Positions 24,766 through 37,840 of a stretch of DNA of 64,000 nt are shown one piece after another. The stretch's first letter is position 1; every line of letters begins with the position of its first letter. A program made the translations under genes and the position numbers. The DNA lies in assembly GCF_006345805.1 (NCBI RefSeq), contig NC_043001.1:110794001-110858000 (forward strand), written 5' to 3'. The DNA comes from Octopus sinensis. Lineage: Eukaryota. The notes under the pieces were generated by a model. It made no database searches and had not been told where the DNA came from. It worked only from the letters and a program-made list of their open reading frames with translations.

Positions 24766-26599
24766 ATATATGCGTATATATATTTTCAGGAACGCACGTT
24801 CACACACACTCATAACGCACACATACATGTATATGTACACACACCACTTACAAACATATACATAATTATGTTCTTGTGAGTGCCTGTCTATGTATATATG
24901 TCGATAACTTTTGAATATAACTATGACTGTGTCATCTGTAAATATTGTGCGATAACTTTCCTTACCTTTTGTTATTCAGGCTTTTTAACTCAATGCTCGC
25001 TAATTGAGAATCTTACCAGGAGTAATTCCGGCTTCTATTAGAAGCTATTTATTTGAACTAATATTTAATTCGTCTCTCATTGATTCTTTAAATGTAATAT
25101 TCTATTTAATATATTTCGTCAACCATTTAGCAGCGGTAATAGGAACTTTTCTACTGATATCAACTATAGAAAAAAATTATTCTTAATTGAACAGGGAATT
25201 TCCGATGAACTCATTTAATCTGTATCGCGGCTGTGCGTCACGTGATAAATACAGGACAGGTTTCGATATATTTATGTCTCTAAAATGCTTCAATTTTTGG
25301 TATGAGTGAAAGAAATACTTTTAACAAGTATTATTTATTTGGATTAGAACTAACTGAAGTTATTGGCCCAGCAGCTATAATCTATCTTGCGACAAAGTTA
25401 TGCTCATCTGGATGCGTAACACATAAGTTTATATGGGAAAATATTTCTTTGTAACATACGCCAGGACAAATGGTCCTAAATAGATTAAATATCAATCGAC
25501 GGGATACAATTTTATATATCGTACGTCTTAGGAATTTATCAACGCCCACATCCTTGTGGTAAATATATGGGCGGCTTTGTTTTTTATGCACTTAAATTAT
25601 AGAAGTATTGAAATACTAAACAACTGTAGTCGGAGGCCGTTTTCATGGAGTTTCTTCTCTTGTTCTACTAACAGAAGATTTAGGGAATGTCTATTTGGTA
25701 ATGTACTTATGGCAAAACTTCGTAGAAACGCTTTTCCAACAATTCTTCTAAATACGTTTGGGTAAAGTGCTCATATTATTTATACTGAACGGGTGAAAGC
25801 AATGTTATTGTGGAAGGATTTTAAAGTATATTTATTTCTCTGGTTTTAAAATATTAAAAAAAAATAATTGTTTATTTATCTCTCGCATTTAAATAGATAT
25901 AGCTACTTTGCATAGTGTGAATGAATATATGTTCCGATATTTGACCGATTACATAGAATATCTATCGGAATATATTCAGGATTTTTCTCCACCAACTCGA
26001 CTAATTAGATGAAAGAAAAGCATATACATCTCAGAGCCCATAAACAAGCTAAAACACATGTTTCAACGAGAAGAGTGCGTGGCTGATATAACTATTTCTA
26101 CTTTACCATAAATGTATGTATTATTCTTGTTCTGCATTTAAACAGTTTTCTTTGAGTCGGTGTCTTAATAAGATTGATCTATAAATGTTTATTAATGGCA
26201 ACATCGTAACTGATTTTATCTACAAGTGAAATAGGAATGAGGTTTTGATTGTAAAAATATAAATAAAATAAATATGAAATTCGTTTAGTTTGTGGTTCCG
26301 TTCTTTCACTCACCATCACAATTTTAACGCTGCAATTTTTTTTCTGCGGCTTGGATAATAATTAGTTTTATATTTTTGTAAATGCGACCGACATCGCAAT
26401 ATATACAGACTAGCGTCAGAATAATGAGTGGAGTTATATGATGTCGAGAAGTGATTGAGGTAGCATCTTTACACACATTTCTCATGAGTTCCTATCTAAC
26501 TCGGTGTTTTTCAGTATGTTCGTAACTGCAATAATAACGCGACGGCATATTCTTACTGCAACAACTGGAAGAATTAATATTTGTAATCTATTGAGAACA

Positions 26600-27000
26600 C
26601 GAGAATTCATTAAAGATTCCTAAAGAAAAATATGAGACTGAAAGAATTGCCTACGCGAAATTTTTCATGTAGCGTAACTGAATGATGGGAAATATAGAAA
26701 AGTATTTAACAGACAAAATAAACCCAACTAAAAGTAGACAACAAAAACGGATATTTGAATAAATGAATAAATAGCACGCGTTTACGGAATAAATTAAACT
26801 GAAGATACATTTCAAAAATAAAACCAAAGAAAGTTAATATATTCCAAAGTCCAATGAGCTGTCAACTGAAATTATTATTGAAGAGGCTAAGAACTGGAAT
26901 GAAGAGCTATTATACTGTAGCGATATGGATCTGAGACGTCTGATAGAAAAACTTTACGCTACGTAATAATGGAACTGCCCAGTCAAGAAATATAGATTAC
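26600..27000 (+). mobile_element. Penelope-like element ORF N-terminal relic
   Basis: ENSLKIPKEKYETERIAYAKFFM*R...AFTE*IKLKIHFKN...YIPKSN resembles the YSxKNIPxPS...RMRWK/LKxHF start of PLE ORFs; many stops. Confidence 0.4.
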
Positions 27001-27812
27001 ATTTCTGAAACATAAATATAGAAAAAATAATATATACAAGCTGAAATTTAAAGATATCCGATGGGAAATACCCTATTACATACATGAGACAGAGAGACAT
27101 CTCATGTCAGTGAATTATGAAGTTTTAGCATGTCTTGCCAAATTTCGTTGTCTATAAAACTTTCGAGGAAATAAAAGACGATTCAAAATTAAAATAATAG
27201 TAAACTGAATAAAAATCGAGTTGTAATTAACAACGGAAAATTGTGCATTGGGTAAAGATTTCAAAGTTAATGATTGCTTTATAGTGTGTTGGATATCTTC
27301 TAAATATCAGCCAGGATGCCTAATTTTGTTAAAGGATTACAATTCGAGTGTGTTTCTTTTCCATATATATCCTAAAGAATATATCAGCAACCGATTTCGT
27401 TCGTATGTAGTGTAAGACAGTTATGTGTCTGTGTTGCATCCACGGGCGCATTATTCGAAAGCTTATCACGATTTGGGCAACTTTAAGACACTCAGAGCAA
27501 GAAATTACCTCACCAAAGGATCTTACTCAAACTTAATGTTAATTCCCTTTCGCCTAACAGCTGCTAGGACCCATTTCCAGCTTAGAGGAAGACAGCGACA
27601 CAAAATGAAGCATGCTATCAAAGTCTGCCGCAAGGCCCGGATATCTGTACAATTCCCGTTGGCAACATTTTAAGAGAAGCATTTGTTATTGCTATTTGTC
27701 AGTTTAACTGATCTAGATTTTGAAATACTTTGTATAGAAACCTGTACAGACATATATGTGTGTCTATAAAGAAAGAGTGAGAAGGAGAGGTAGACAGACA
27801 GAGAGGAGTAAA

Positions 27813-27878
<66 letters not shown>

Positions 27879-29345
27879 TATATATATGTGTGTGTGTGTC
27901 TATATGTATACACAACTATACACGCACTATCACACAGATACGCATGTGTGTGTAAGTGTTACTGCATAGAGCACACTGAATAAACATCACACATATTGAC
28001 GGTTAATATGTAACCAAGATGTTGTAACATAACGTTTTATATTAGAGTGTATTAGAATACAAACTTGGGAAAGTTAGGTGTATCTGGGGACACTATATTT
28101 ATTTCTCCAGATGATAGCTTGTAAATTAAGTACAAGAAATATTACAGTGTTTGTATAAAGGATCTGTGATCTTATTGGACAGGAATCAGGGTAAGTCACC
28201 ACGTCATGAAAAATAACAGACATGAAAAGAGCAACACTATTATATTTACATTAAAAATAAACAAAAATATCGCAAATTCTTTTGCTGCTGGAAATATACT
28301 ATGAATCGAAATTCATATTGCATATATAATTCGATGTTTAATATATCATCAATAATAACCATGCGTTCGGTTGTGCTACATACAGTGGTCCTACATATGT
28401 CATTCACTCATTCAAAGAAGACGTGTTACTTAACAGGTATTTTTTTCATAGCATAGTAATAAGAGGATTTGTAACACTACTGAATGCTATAACTATTTCT
28501 GTCAATAAATGTGAGAAGCAAATATGTAATCAGTCCGGTGTCCATTCTTGCATCAATATCGCATTTCTTAACTGAAGCGATGCTTTGATGTGATAACAAA
28601 TGCGGAATATTAATGTAAAGGTTTCTGTCGGACTAACACTCAGTTTGAGGATACTTTCTCTGGTTGGCAACACTGTGTTCAAACCAGTAAGCACGCAAAA
28701 CTGCAGTGAACTTTTAAAGCACACAGCTCTACCTATGTTTAGAGAACCATCGCCAGAGTGAATAAGACATAGAAAGTAGAATACAATTTGAACTACGAAA
28801 CTGTAAGGAAGAGTATTCTATAGAATAATGTCACTAGACACCAATTCTTTTTTTTTAAATCTGTGCATTAAATTGTTTCATTCAATATATTAAACTAGTC
28901 TTTATTTAATATTCTATCCTAGTATTTGTATGACACCTTGTCTGTCAAGCAGAAGAAGATTCTTTTGGAACCGATCTTACTATTTGAACTCAAGATACAA
29001 ATGTTACAGCTAAATGCTGCTCATGACTTCATCTGTGGACCTAATTATATTCACACTCCCCAAGTCAGATTTGTATACTAGTGTCTTATAGATACGCAAT
29101 GCTTCATATATTTTGTGAACGATAAAATGACCAAATCTTGGGCATCATGCCTTGTGTAATTTCGCCGACGCAGTGCAAAATGATAAAATGCAAACTTTAC
29201 TTTGTATGGGTTCCAACTCAAGATCTTAAAGGAATCATTAGGAGATATTTGGCCCAAACCCTTCACAATCTGCTTAAAACAAATGATTTATTATTAATTT
29301 TCAAATAATTCATTATTAATTTTCAAATCAATATTTGAATAAACT

Positions 29346-29568
29346 AAAAGATGGCGAACTGGTAGAATCATTAGCGCGCCGAGCAAATTGCTCTGTGGCG
29401 ATTCGTTCGCGTTTACGTTCTGAGCTGAAATTCCACCGGAGTCAACTTCGCATTTCGTCCTTTGTCGGTCGATCAAATAAATACTAGTTGAGTCCTGGAG
29501 CGGATATAATCGACTTACTGCCTCTCCCCGAACTTGTTGGCTTTGTGCCAAAATCTGAAATCAATATT
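29346..29568 (+). mobile_element. SINE family B, diverged monomer (a further decayed copy at 29623-29815)
   Basis: atggcgaactggtagaatcattagcgcgccgagc...gttctgagctgaaattcc...ctttgtgccaaaatctgaaa. Confidence 0.75.
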
Positions 29569-30069
29569 TTTCGGTTCCTTAAATAAAAATGAAATATTGT
29601 GTTTAATAGGACCACCTTATCCTAAGGCGGCGAACTGGAGGAAACGTTGAAAAACTGGCAATATGCTTAGCATCAGTTCTTTCGAGTTTACACTGTAACG
29701 TCAAATTCCGTCTAGCTGGGTTTGCCTTTCATCATTTCTGCGTCAATAAAATAGGTAAAATTAAAGGATTGGGTCTGATAACAATAAAATTCCCAGTTTT
29801 GTTCTAAAATTCCAGGCCATTATATTTTCGGTTATTTCAATACGACAGTACAATGAAATCTAAAATGCAACTTTGTGAAAACACAAATAAAATATGAGCG
29901 CGATGGAGTAGAGTGGGGGTTGTGGTGGGTGTTTTGTGCGTTTGTATGCATGTTTAATCGGATAGTTAATATCTGTGGTTAGCTGTCAAAAGTTTCTAGG
30001 CTTTACGAAGTGTCTGACTTTCTGTTAAATTTCTATGGCCATTTTGGTTTTTCTTACATGAATATAGTA

Positions 30070-30570
30070 TGACATTGACAATGGCTGTGCGAAAGATAAA
30101 TCATAGAACCAAAGAATATTACTGCAAATAATTCAAATGAAGGATTCGAGAAAGTTTTCCCAGGTAATTAATATACTTACAAATCTATAAACTCTGTTAT
30201 TGATGACTCGGGAATTGTCAATTAGCAGGTTAAGTTCTTAAACTCCGTGTAATCACAAGGAGCTCTTGATCATTCCTTTCGATTGAAGATAGGCGCTCCA
30301 ATCATAACCTTGTAGAAGCTTTATAAAAAAAAACTTTACAATGACAGAAGACTTATGAAGAAATTAACGAGAATTGTCATAGAGGCCACAATAATTTCTG
30401 TCTGTGGAAAAGGCGACGATGTTTTTATTCCTCACTTACCTTCAAATTCAAACTACTTCAATTTCCAATGCGTCTGTCTTTTGCCAATAGTATTAACAAG
30501 ACCCAACTCCAGACTCTGAAAATTGCTGCTTTGCAAATAGAGAAGGACTGTCAGTTATATGTTGGGGCTC
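30070..30570 (+). mobile_element. Helitron PIF1-like helicase relic
   Basis: QWLCER*IIEPKN...YKSINSV...FLNSV...FRLKIGAPIITL...IEATIISVCGKGDDVFIP...QFPMRLSFANSINKTQLQTL. Confidence 0.9.
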
Positions 30571-31293
30571 CCTTGTGTGTGTGTGTGTGTGAACGTGTGC
30601 GCGTGCATATATATATATAATGATGATGATGATGATGATAAAATATACATTTTGATATTGGCCAGAAAAAAACAGCTCTTTCGTCCACATGAAAGTTGAC
30701 AGTCATTTCTGATATGTTTGCCACATGCATACAGTCCCTTCTTATTTATGTTCAATACCGTCTAAGTGAATAACTTACAGTATTCATAGTATAATTTTGG
30801 TAGCTTTTTTGAATAGCGTCGACGATGAGTGTTTCTAGTAGGTGCACGTGTGCGGGGGCTGTGTGCATGTGTTGTATATTTGCATCATCGTAATAGAATA
30901 ATTACCAGGCCTAAAGATACAATACCTCGATTCATCCGACTAAACTTTCTTCAGTATGGTGCCACAGCATGGCTGCAAATCGAGTAACAAAAACAAGGAG
31001 AAGATATTTATAACTGATTTTTATTTAGTCAGACAGCTTTACGCAATATCAGTGAATGTTTTTTACCCTGATTTTCTATATAGTTGAAATTATGAAGCTG
31101 CCTATAACTACACACCATTGAGACAGCCCACCGGGGCTGAAATGCGTCTGGCTTCCTCGCTAACAAGATGCTGGTGTTTCTTTCATCTCCATCTGGTATA
31201 TACATTATCGCACCAAATTTTCTATTGAAAGATGTATTTGATTAAGTATGATACATTAATGTGGCGCTTTCTGTTTCTCTCTCTCTCTCTCTG

Positions 31294-31327
<34 letters not shown>

Positions 31328-31676
31328 CATATATATATATATATAAAGGTTAAAGGTATTATTGTATCATGATATTGACCAGATTATTGGATATTGTAAT
31401 TCATTGATATTCATAATGTGTATGCATTGATTTACATTTTGAATGATACCACCGCACTGATCTGAAATCTAGTCTGTCAGAGGGTTACATATCTTTTCGT
31501 GAATGGACTGGAGCAACGTGAAATAAAGTGTTTTGCTCAAGAACAAATCGACCAGTTGTCTTCAGAATCGAAACCACGATGTTAGGATCGTGATGGTAGC
31601 ATCCCTAAACACAAGTATACGCGTCTTCACATATAAATGTCTGTGTGTGCGTGTGTTGTGTATGTGTGTGTGTGTG

Positions 31677-31740
<64 letters not shown>

Positions 31741-31786
31741 AACAATCAAGAGAAACATGCCTAGAAAAAGTCAAACACCCAGCTGG

Positions 31787-31835
31787 CTTAACTGATGAGG
31801 CAAGGGAGAAAGCCGAAACTGAGATCATTCATAAG
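31787..31835 (+). ncRNA. Type I hammerhead motif, intact core, degenerate stem III
   Basis: cttaa CTGATGA GGC aagggagaaa GCC GAA actgag atcatt C| ataag. Confidence 0.7.
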
Positions 31836-32116
31836 AATTATCGGTCGCTATTTTTGAACATATATGGTGCCTGTTATTGTATATGAATTAGTGAATTTTA
31901 GCCTTTATTTCTAGCAATGTAGGAGCTCCTTAACACTCTAGTCGCATTCAGTCACAAATATAATTCTGGTCTTTCGTGAAACATTGCAGCCTGCTGTTTA
32001 TATTGATTTTTGGGATACAAATAAAAGAATTGCAAAATCATCCCTTAATTTGAATGACGAAATCATATATTCTAATAGAGAAATAAGTCCGGGATAAAAA
32101 ACGGACAATGAGCTGG

Positions 32117-32165
32117 CTTAAATGATGAGGCAACGGAAACATTCGAAACTGACGTCAGTCTTAAG
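32117..32165 (+). ncRNA. Type I hammerhead motif, C3 mutated, perfect stems I and III
   Basis: cttaa aTGATGA ggcaacggaaacattc GAA ACTGAC GTCAGT C| ttaag; stem III palindrome ACTGACGTCAGT. Confidence 0.65.
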
Positions 32166-32391
32166 AACTCTCCGCCAGAATTTTTCAAACAATTGCAGTC
32201 ACTATTAATGCATATGTTTTCGTTCCTGTACGTTAACTACAATTTAGAGCATTTTAGCTTTTATTTCTAGCAATGTAGATGTTTTTTTAAAGCCTAGTCA
32301 CATTTAGAGACAATTATATTTCTCCTTCTTGATGAAACATTACAACCTGCTGTTAATATTAATTTTGTATATATATATATATATATATATA

Positions 32392-32777
32392 CTAGCAGCT
32401 TAGCCCGGTTTCACCCGCTCTGTTTGGATGATGTGGCTGTGATCGTTTTCCCTTAGCCATAATCTATAACAGCGTTTCTCAACCTTATCATTTCGGATTT
32501 CCTGTTTCGATTGGAGCCTCCAGTTGTATGAAAATTTCCTGACACCATCCCGTCAGAAAACAGCTTCTAAGCAACTGATTGTTTTAATGGCAGAAGAAAG
32601 ATGGGAATTCCATGAGAACAGTTTTAATCGATTTTCTCGGTAAGTACGGGGGCTAGGAAAACACTACAAACCACATTCCAATCTATGCATCCGTCTCCAC
32701 ATGTGTGCCATTTTTGGCTGTGAACCTCAAGACAAGAAAGAATACAACGATCGCCCATGTCCAATTTATATTATAGA
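32392..32777 (-). mobile_element. Non-autonomous Helitron
   Basis: Minus strand 5' a|TCtataatataaa ... cgggtgaaaccgggctaagctgCTAG|t 3'; TC/CTAG termini, A|T site, subterminal GC-rich imperfect hairpin. Confidence 0.75.
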
Positions 32778-33134
32778 TATATGTTGTGGAAGAATGTGTT
32801 TGGTTAATTGTCTAAATACGTCAAGAAATATCATACGTTGTTGTTTGTACGTTTTCGGTATCTGACAGTTCGTCCTCTTCATTCTGTGGGCGTATGAGTA
32901 AGAGTGAAAGTTCAGTTAATCAAACGACTTGAATACTAAATGCGGATTTCTTCATCGTATCAAAACACAAACACGCTAATCTATCATAACAAACGTTTTC
33001 TTAATTTTCTTATTTGTTCACCTATGTTCTGATGCTGTCCTACTTAATTATTTGTTACTTGTCGTGCTGAGTAGGCAGCAAATTTACACAAGGTATTCGT
33101 ATATATATATATATATAATATATATATATATATA

Positions 33135-33183
<49 letters not shown>

Positions 33184-33496
33184 ATATACATAGCTAGATA
33201 GATATATAGAGAGATAGATGGTTAGATGGATGCATTGAGAAATATCAGACAGATAACAATAGCCAAAATAGGTAGTTCAAGATTTGAAAAAAATAAAAAT
33301 AAATGCCAAAAGTGTCAAAAATGTATGAGGTGTGTACGATGGAGTATACTGTTTACAAACACGCGTTGAATAAGCATTGAAAACACTTTAAAACCCACAC
33401 ATCTGAATATATATATATATATACATACACACACACACTATATATATATATATGATATATATATATATATATATATATCTATATATATATATATGC

Positions 33497-33537
<41 letters not shown>

Positions 33538-34550
33538 ATATATATATATATATATGTATATACATATATATACATGTATGTATATGCATATATGTAGGTA
33601 AGCATACCTTTAGAAATCGACAAACAAGTTCAGTAATCAGTGCTTAATTTTGCATCAGATGAGAATAAACAGATGTCAGTGACTTGCATAGTGGGCTATG
33701 ATGAAAGGTATTTTGAAACTCAATCTATTATGTCAGGAAAATGAAACTATGGCGTGATGACTGGCATTCGTTACGAGAATCATATTGTGTGTATTACTTC
33801 ACAGCCAGCCTTCTACAATGGTATCCAGAACAGTCAATCAATTATACAGCCTCTCGTTTTCAAATAACGAAGAAAATTGAAGACAGAGTTTTACTGTTCG
33901 TACTCGTCGATATACGTTGCTTATCTCGCGTAGCATGAAAATTGACTTTTAATTAGACCATTTCGTTGCAGATAATTAAATTTCTGATTGATTATACTTA
34001 TTACCAATGACATATCAATATATGATCATGCCGTATTCTAGTATATAAAACTGATATTGTAGAATGATATCTTCGTATATTATCAATCAGTGTTATCAAA
34101 TGCCTTGGACGAAAAAAGATGAATGTTTAAGGTGATGGCTTTGAAACAACGTTTTTTTCGGTGTCACTCCTATTCTACGACAAATAGTGTGTCTTCTAAT
34201 GATGCCCACAGCTGACGAAGATATTATGAGGGAATTAGGTTGAGGGAAACTGTGTGGAATCCGTTGTGGTTATGTGTGTATATGTGCGTGTCTTTGTATT
34301 TCTGAACCCGACGTTAGACAATCGGTCTGATGCGGCTTCGTTTACATCTATTTCTATTAACAGTTCGGCCAAAGGAGGAGACAATTCGTACCAGGCATGA
34401 TATAAACACCGTGTTGCATTTCAGCGAGTAATATCTTTCAGTCAGTGCTCGAAATTGACCTTACATCATGTGACTAAAACGACTACGAAGAATTCTTGGT
34501 TAATCCAAGGTTGTATACGAAACAGCTGATTTGAATTTTATTTCACCATA

Positions 34551-34980
34551 GGCGTAGTAGTGGCTGTGTGGTAGTGGCTTGCTTATGAACAACACGGTTC
34601 CAGGTTCAGTCCCACTCCGCGGCACCTTGGGCAAGTGTCTTCTACTATAGCCTCAGGTCGACCAAAGCCTTGTGAGTGGATTTGGTAGACGGAAACTGAA
34701 AGAAGCCCATTGTATATATGTATATGTATACATGTATACGTATGTGTGTTTGTGTGTTTGTGTGTCTGTGTTAGTGTATCTGTGTTTGACCCCCCCCCCC
34801 CAACATCGCTTCGCAACCGATGCTGGTGTGTTTACGTCCCCGTAACTTAGTGGTTCGACAAAAGAGACCGATAGAATAAGTAGTAAGCTTACAAGGAATA
34901 CATCCTGGGGTCAATTTGCTCGACTAAAAGCGGTGCTTCAGCATGGCCACAGTCAAATGACTGAAACAAGTAAAAGAGTA
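34551..34980 (+). mobile_element. SINE family A, full-length
   Basis: Consensus head to tail. Confidence 0.92.
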
Positions 34981-35211
34981 TTCTCTAGATAGTTGTCTTA
35001 CGCATAATGCCAAGCTGTATTAACTTTCATAAACATAGTTTTCTATTAGATAATATTAATTTTCAGACATCTGCTTCGAGAATTCCATTATGGAAAACAT
35101 ATTCATTATTTTGATTTATCAGGTTATTGTCTCTTACGACATATCTCTAGTCAAGTAAAAATATTACTTTCATATATCTACTTCATTTCCTCCTTCTCTC
35201 TCACACCGCAG

Positions 35212-35268
35212 ATGAAGATGCAAAGTTACAATTGCAGATGGACGCCATTAAGAAACGCCTGTTGTTGG
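35212..35268 (+). CDS. Candidate internal exon (EDAKLQLQMDAIKKRLLL), gene unknown
   Basis: Strong acceptor catttcctccttctctctcacaccgcag|; open phase-1 frame; possible donors at 35268 or 35310; no homology recognised. Confidence 0.3.
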
Positions 35269-36197
35269 GTATACATGTACGAGCGTCAATTACTGAAACT
35301 AAAATATCAGGTGATGTCAGTATATCAGATTATTTCAATTAATTTCATCAGGTTAAATATTATATATGCTATTTGAAAATAACGTCCTGACAACATGTAG
35401 TATACCATAGTATATAGAAAGCAAAATTAGGCTGCTAAATTCTGTTGTGTCGCTGCGTCTTGCAACCTTTTCAATTGAAAATGTTGCCAGACGCAACGAA
35501 AATTTTAGGAAAATAAAAATAAGAAAAAAGTAGAAATTTTACCGGTGAGTGTGTTATATTATAAAGCACATAAAGAAAATGACTCTCCGCAGAATATGGT
35601 TTAACACACGAACACATATAAAGAATCTTGCAAACCAAATCCCAAAACGAAATATGCTGCTAAATATATTTGTTTTCTCCAGTGCTACAGTGAGATATTG
35701 TTTAAGCATTCATGTATATTCCTCTAGTGAACCAATCAGATTCTCTAATCAGATGAATCACTTCATATTACACGATATTTCATATCCGTGCAGGTTACAA
35801 AATTTCTTCAGTAATGCCAAAAAATGGATGTTCTATACAGGAATTCAGATTGCATGGGTGACGTGAGGGTGGTGGTGGTGGTGGGCTCTGAACGATTCAT
35901 TGACTATTTGGAAATGATTCACAGACGGACATATCTATTTCTCTCCCAGCGGAAAGTCACTCGAAGAAGATTGCTACCAAATCATTGTTGGATAGAATGA
36001 GAGCAAATACGAGCAAATAAGTACATCACTATTTCCCAATCATACAGAAATTTCAATGGGAACATTACCATTGATTTTTAAGGTTATTTTTACAGATACA
36101 CTACAGAATGTATAGCCAGCACCTTTTTTTTTGCTATAGCGTTTAGTATCGAGTCGTCAGACATAAACAGACAATGTCATCGAAGACAAAATTGGGT

Positions 36198-36250
36198 AAT
36201 GAATGTATATGCTATATTTCGGGGTTGTTGCCCCTTCTTCAGCACTCATC
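36198..36250 (-). ncRNA. Solitary PLE-type type I hammerhead motif
   Basis: Minus strand: gatgagtg CTGAAGA a GGGG caacaa CCCC GAAA t atagc ATA| tacattcatt; stem I gtg/tac plus gatga/tcatt with a 2-nt bulge. Confidence 0.65.
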
Positions 36251-37776
36251 TAACCTACTTTGCCCCCTAGCACATTGCTTAAATAGCCACCACATACAGC
36301 GGTTTTAAGGTTTTGGATGCACCAATTGTAGGTCTGCGGCATTTAGTTATGCAAACGCAATATACCATAAGGCATACTAAGTGTTTTCATAATTCAGTAC
36401 CACGTTCTGTTGCGTCAGCAGTTCCCTTAAATTTTATATTTAATGTTATTTATACAGATATCCAATAGGACTTATACCCAGCACTGTATATCTACAAATC
36501 TTATATGTTACAATTGAATTCCAAAATTCATAAGTATAAGTTTAGGGTTATCAGACGTTTCGATTTCTCTGCTGACGAAATATAGTAGTCTCATAAAAAA
36601 TTATTGCATTCCTACGGGGAAAATGTATTATGCGTAGCTATTTTCTGCTACTTCAATGTTCGTATTTATTTCATTAAAATAATTCAGCATTCATTGAATT
36701 CCTCTCTCTTCGGAAAATGTCTTGCTGTTTTGCTACATCATCATCCTCATTGTTCGACCGTGGTCGAGACAATGGAATTTACCATGCTACGCCAGACTTC
36801 ACGGTCCATCATGGCATTACGGAGGTCCTGTTGGTCAAGTAACTTAAATATCGAACTGGATTAAAGTACAACTATATTGTAAAATTTTCAAACCACTCTA
36901 AAACATAACGTGCACAATTTTAGATGTCGCCTGTCCTGTTTGCAGATACTTCTGTTCATTTGGCCAAAGTTTGTCCATAATTTGCTACACTAATTTTCTT
37001 TCCGAGTTCAAGACTACCTTAACCAGCTCCTACAAACTCAACAACGCTCAACAAAGTAATACTTTAGATATGTTACATACTAAACGCACCTGTAATGTTT
37101 CACTGTATATACTTACCTGTATGATATTATTGCAGTGCCCACCTACAAAACATATTAAGCCTCCACCGGGGGATCCAGGTACTGACTGATATAAAAAATG
37201 TTATTTCATTTGGCAGCGCACATCAGAACCTAATGGAGAGGTATTCATTTTACAAAATCTTGTTAGAATTTAAGAATTTTAAAAATGAATAATAAAACAT
37301 TATCTTCAATAAAATATTTAAATAAAGAAAGAATGTTATTATTGCTTAAAATTACATATTTATTGATATCCATAAATACTAAACAAAATTCCAAATAAAT
37401 GTATGTAAAGACTACGTTTAGACTTCAGATTGCTAAGACCCATATACATCTATGCATAGATAAACATATTAATATACATTCATAGACATACATATATACG
37501 TACTTATATACATACATACATACATACACACAGACAGACAGACAGACAGAAAAACAGATAGACATAACTACTCGAATCAAGTCGCATATTTGGCGTGGGA
37601 GACTATTTATCGAAAATACGATGAATACTATCTCCAACTTTAGAGCCACAACTAACAACCATGTTAAACAGCTGGTTAATCTTCAGGTGAATTAGCTGAG
37701 GGAGCCTTTTATTCGAGACCGTAGTGATTTTCGACTGAAACGTGAATTTAGCGTGCAGAGAGTTATTACAAGCAAC

Positions 37777-37840
37777 ATGGCTGGACACAACATCACCAAC
37801 AACACATTCGAGGAACGGAACGAAAACAACAGCTCAACAG
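37777..37840 (+). CDS. Candidate first coding exon MAGHNITNNTFEERNENNSST (receptor-like N-terminus)
   Basis: agcaacATGG Kozak-like context; several N-x-S/T sequons; donor ACAG|gtaaac, phase 1. Confidence 0.4.

Larger units (their letters stand above)
31745..32367 (+). mobile_element. 330-bp-unit diverged tandem repeat with an HHR in each unit
   Basis: agctggcttaa at 31781 and 32111; ttttagc(c/t)tttatttctagcaatgtag and tgaaacatt..cctgctgtt shared; HHR H17 positions 31830 and 32160 (period 330). Confidence 0.85.

Noticed and set aside
25350-25770. Possible fourth GPCR relic (C..R spacing of 25, KAAHIFTTRMWALI) or piggyBac-like GVDKF motif on the minus strand
   Set aside because: The two readings conflict and the putative TM3 is too polar; cannot be supported without a profile search
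28600-28760. INVKVSVGLTLSL resembling a Cys-loop receptor beta strand (chemotactile receptor idea)
   Set aside because: Short open frame with upstream stops; no Cys-loop, WxPD or TM segments nearby
33659-33707. Candidate 49-nt exon (ENKQMSVTCIVGYDE)
   Set aside because: Splice sites plausible but phase incompatible with the 35212 candidate and no homology recognised
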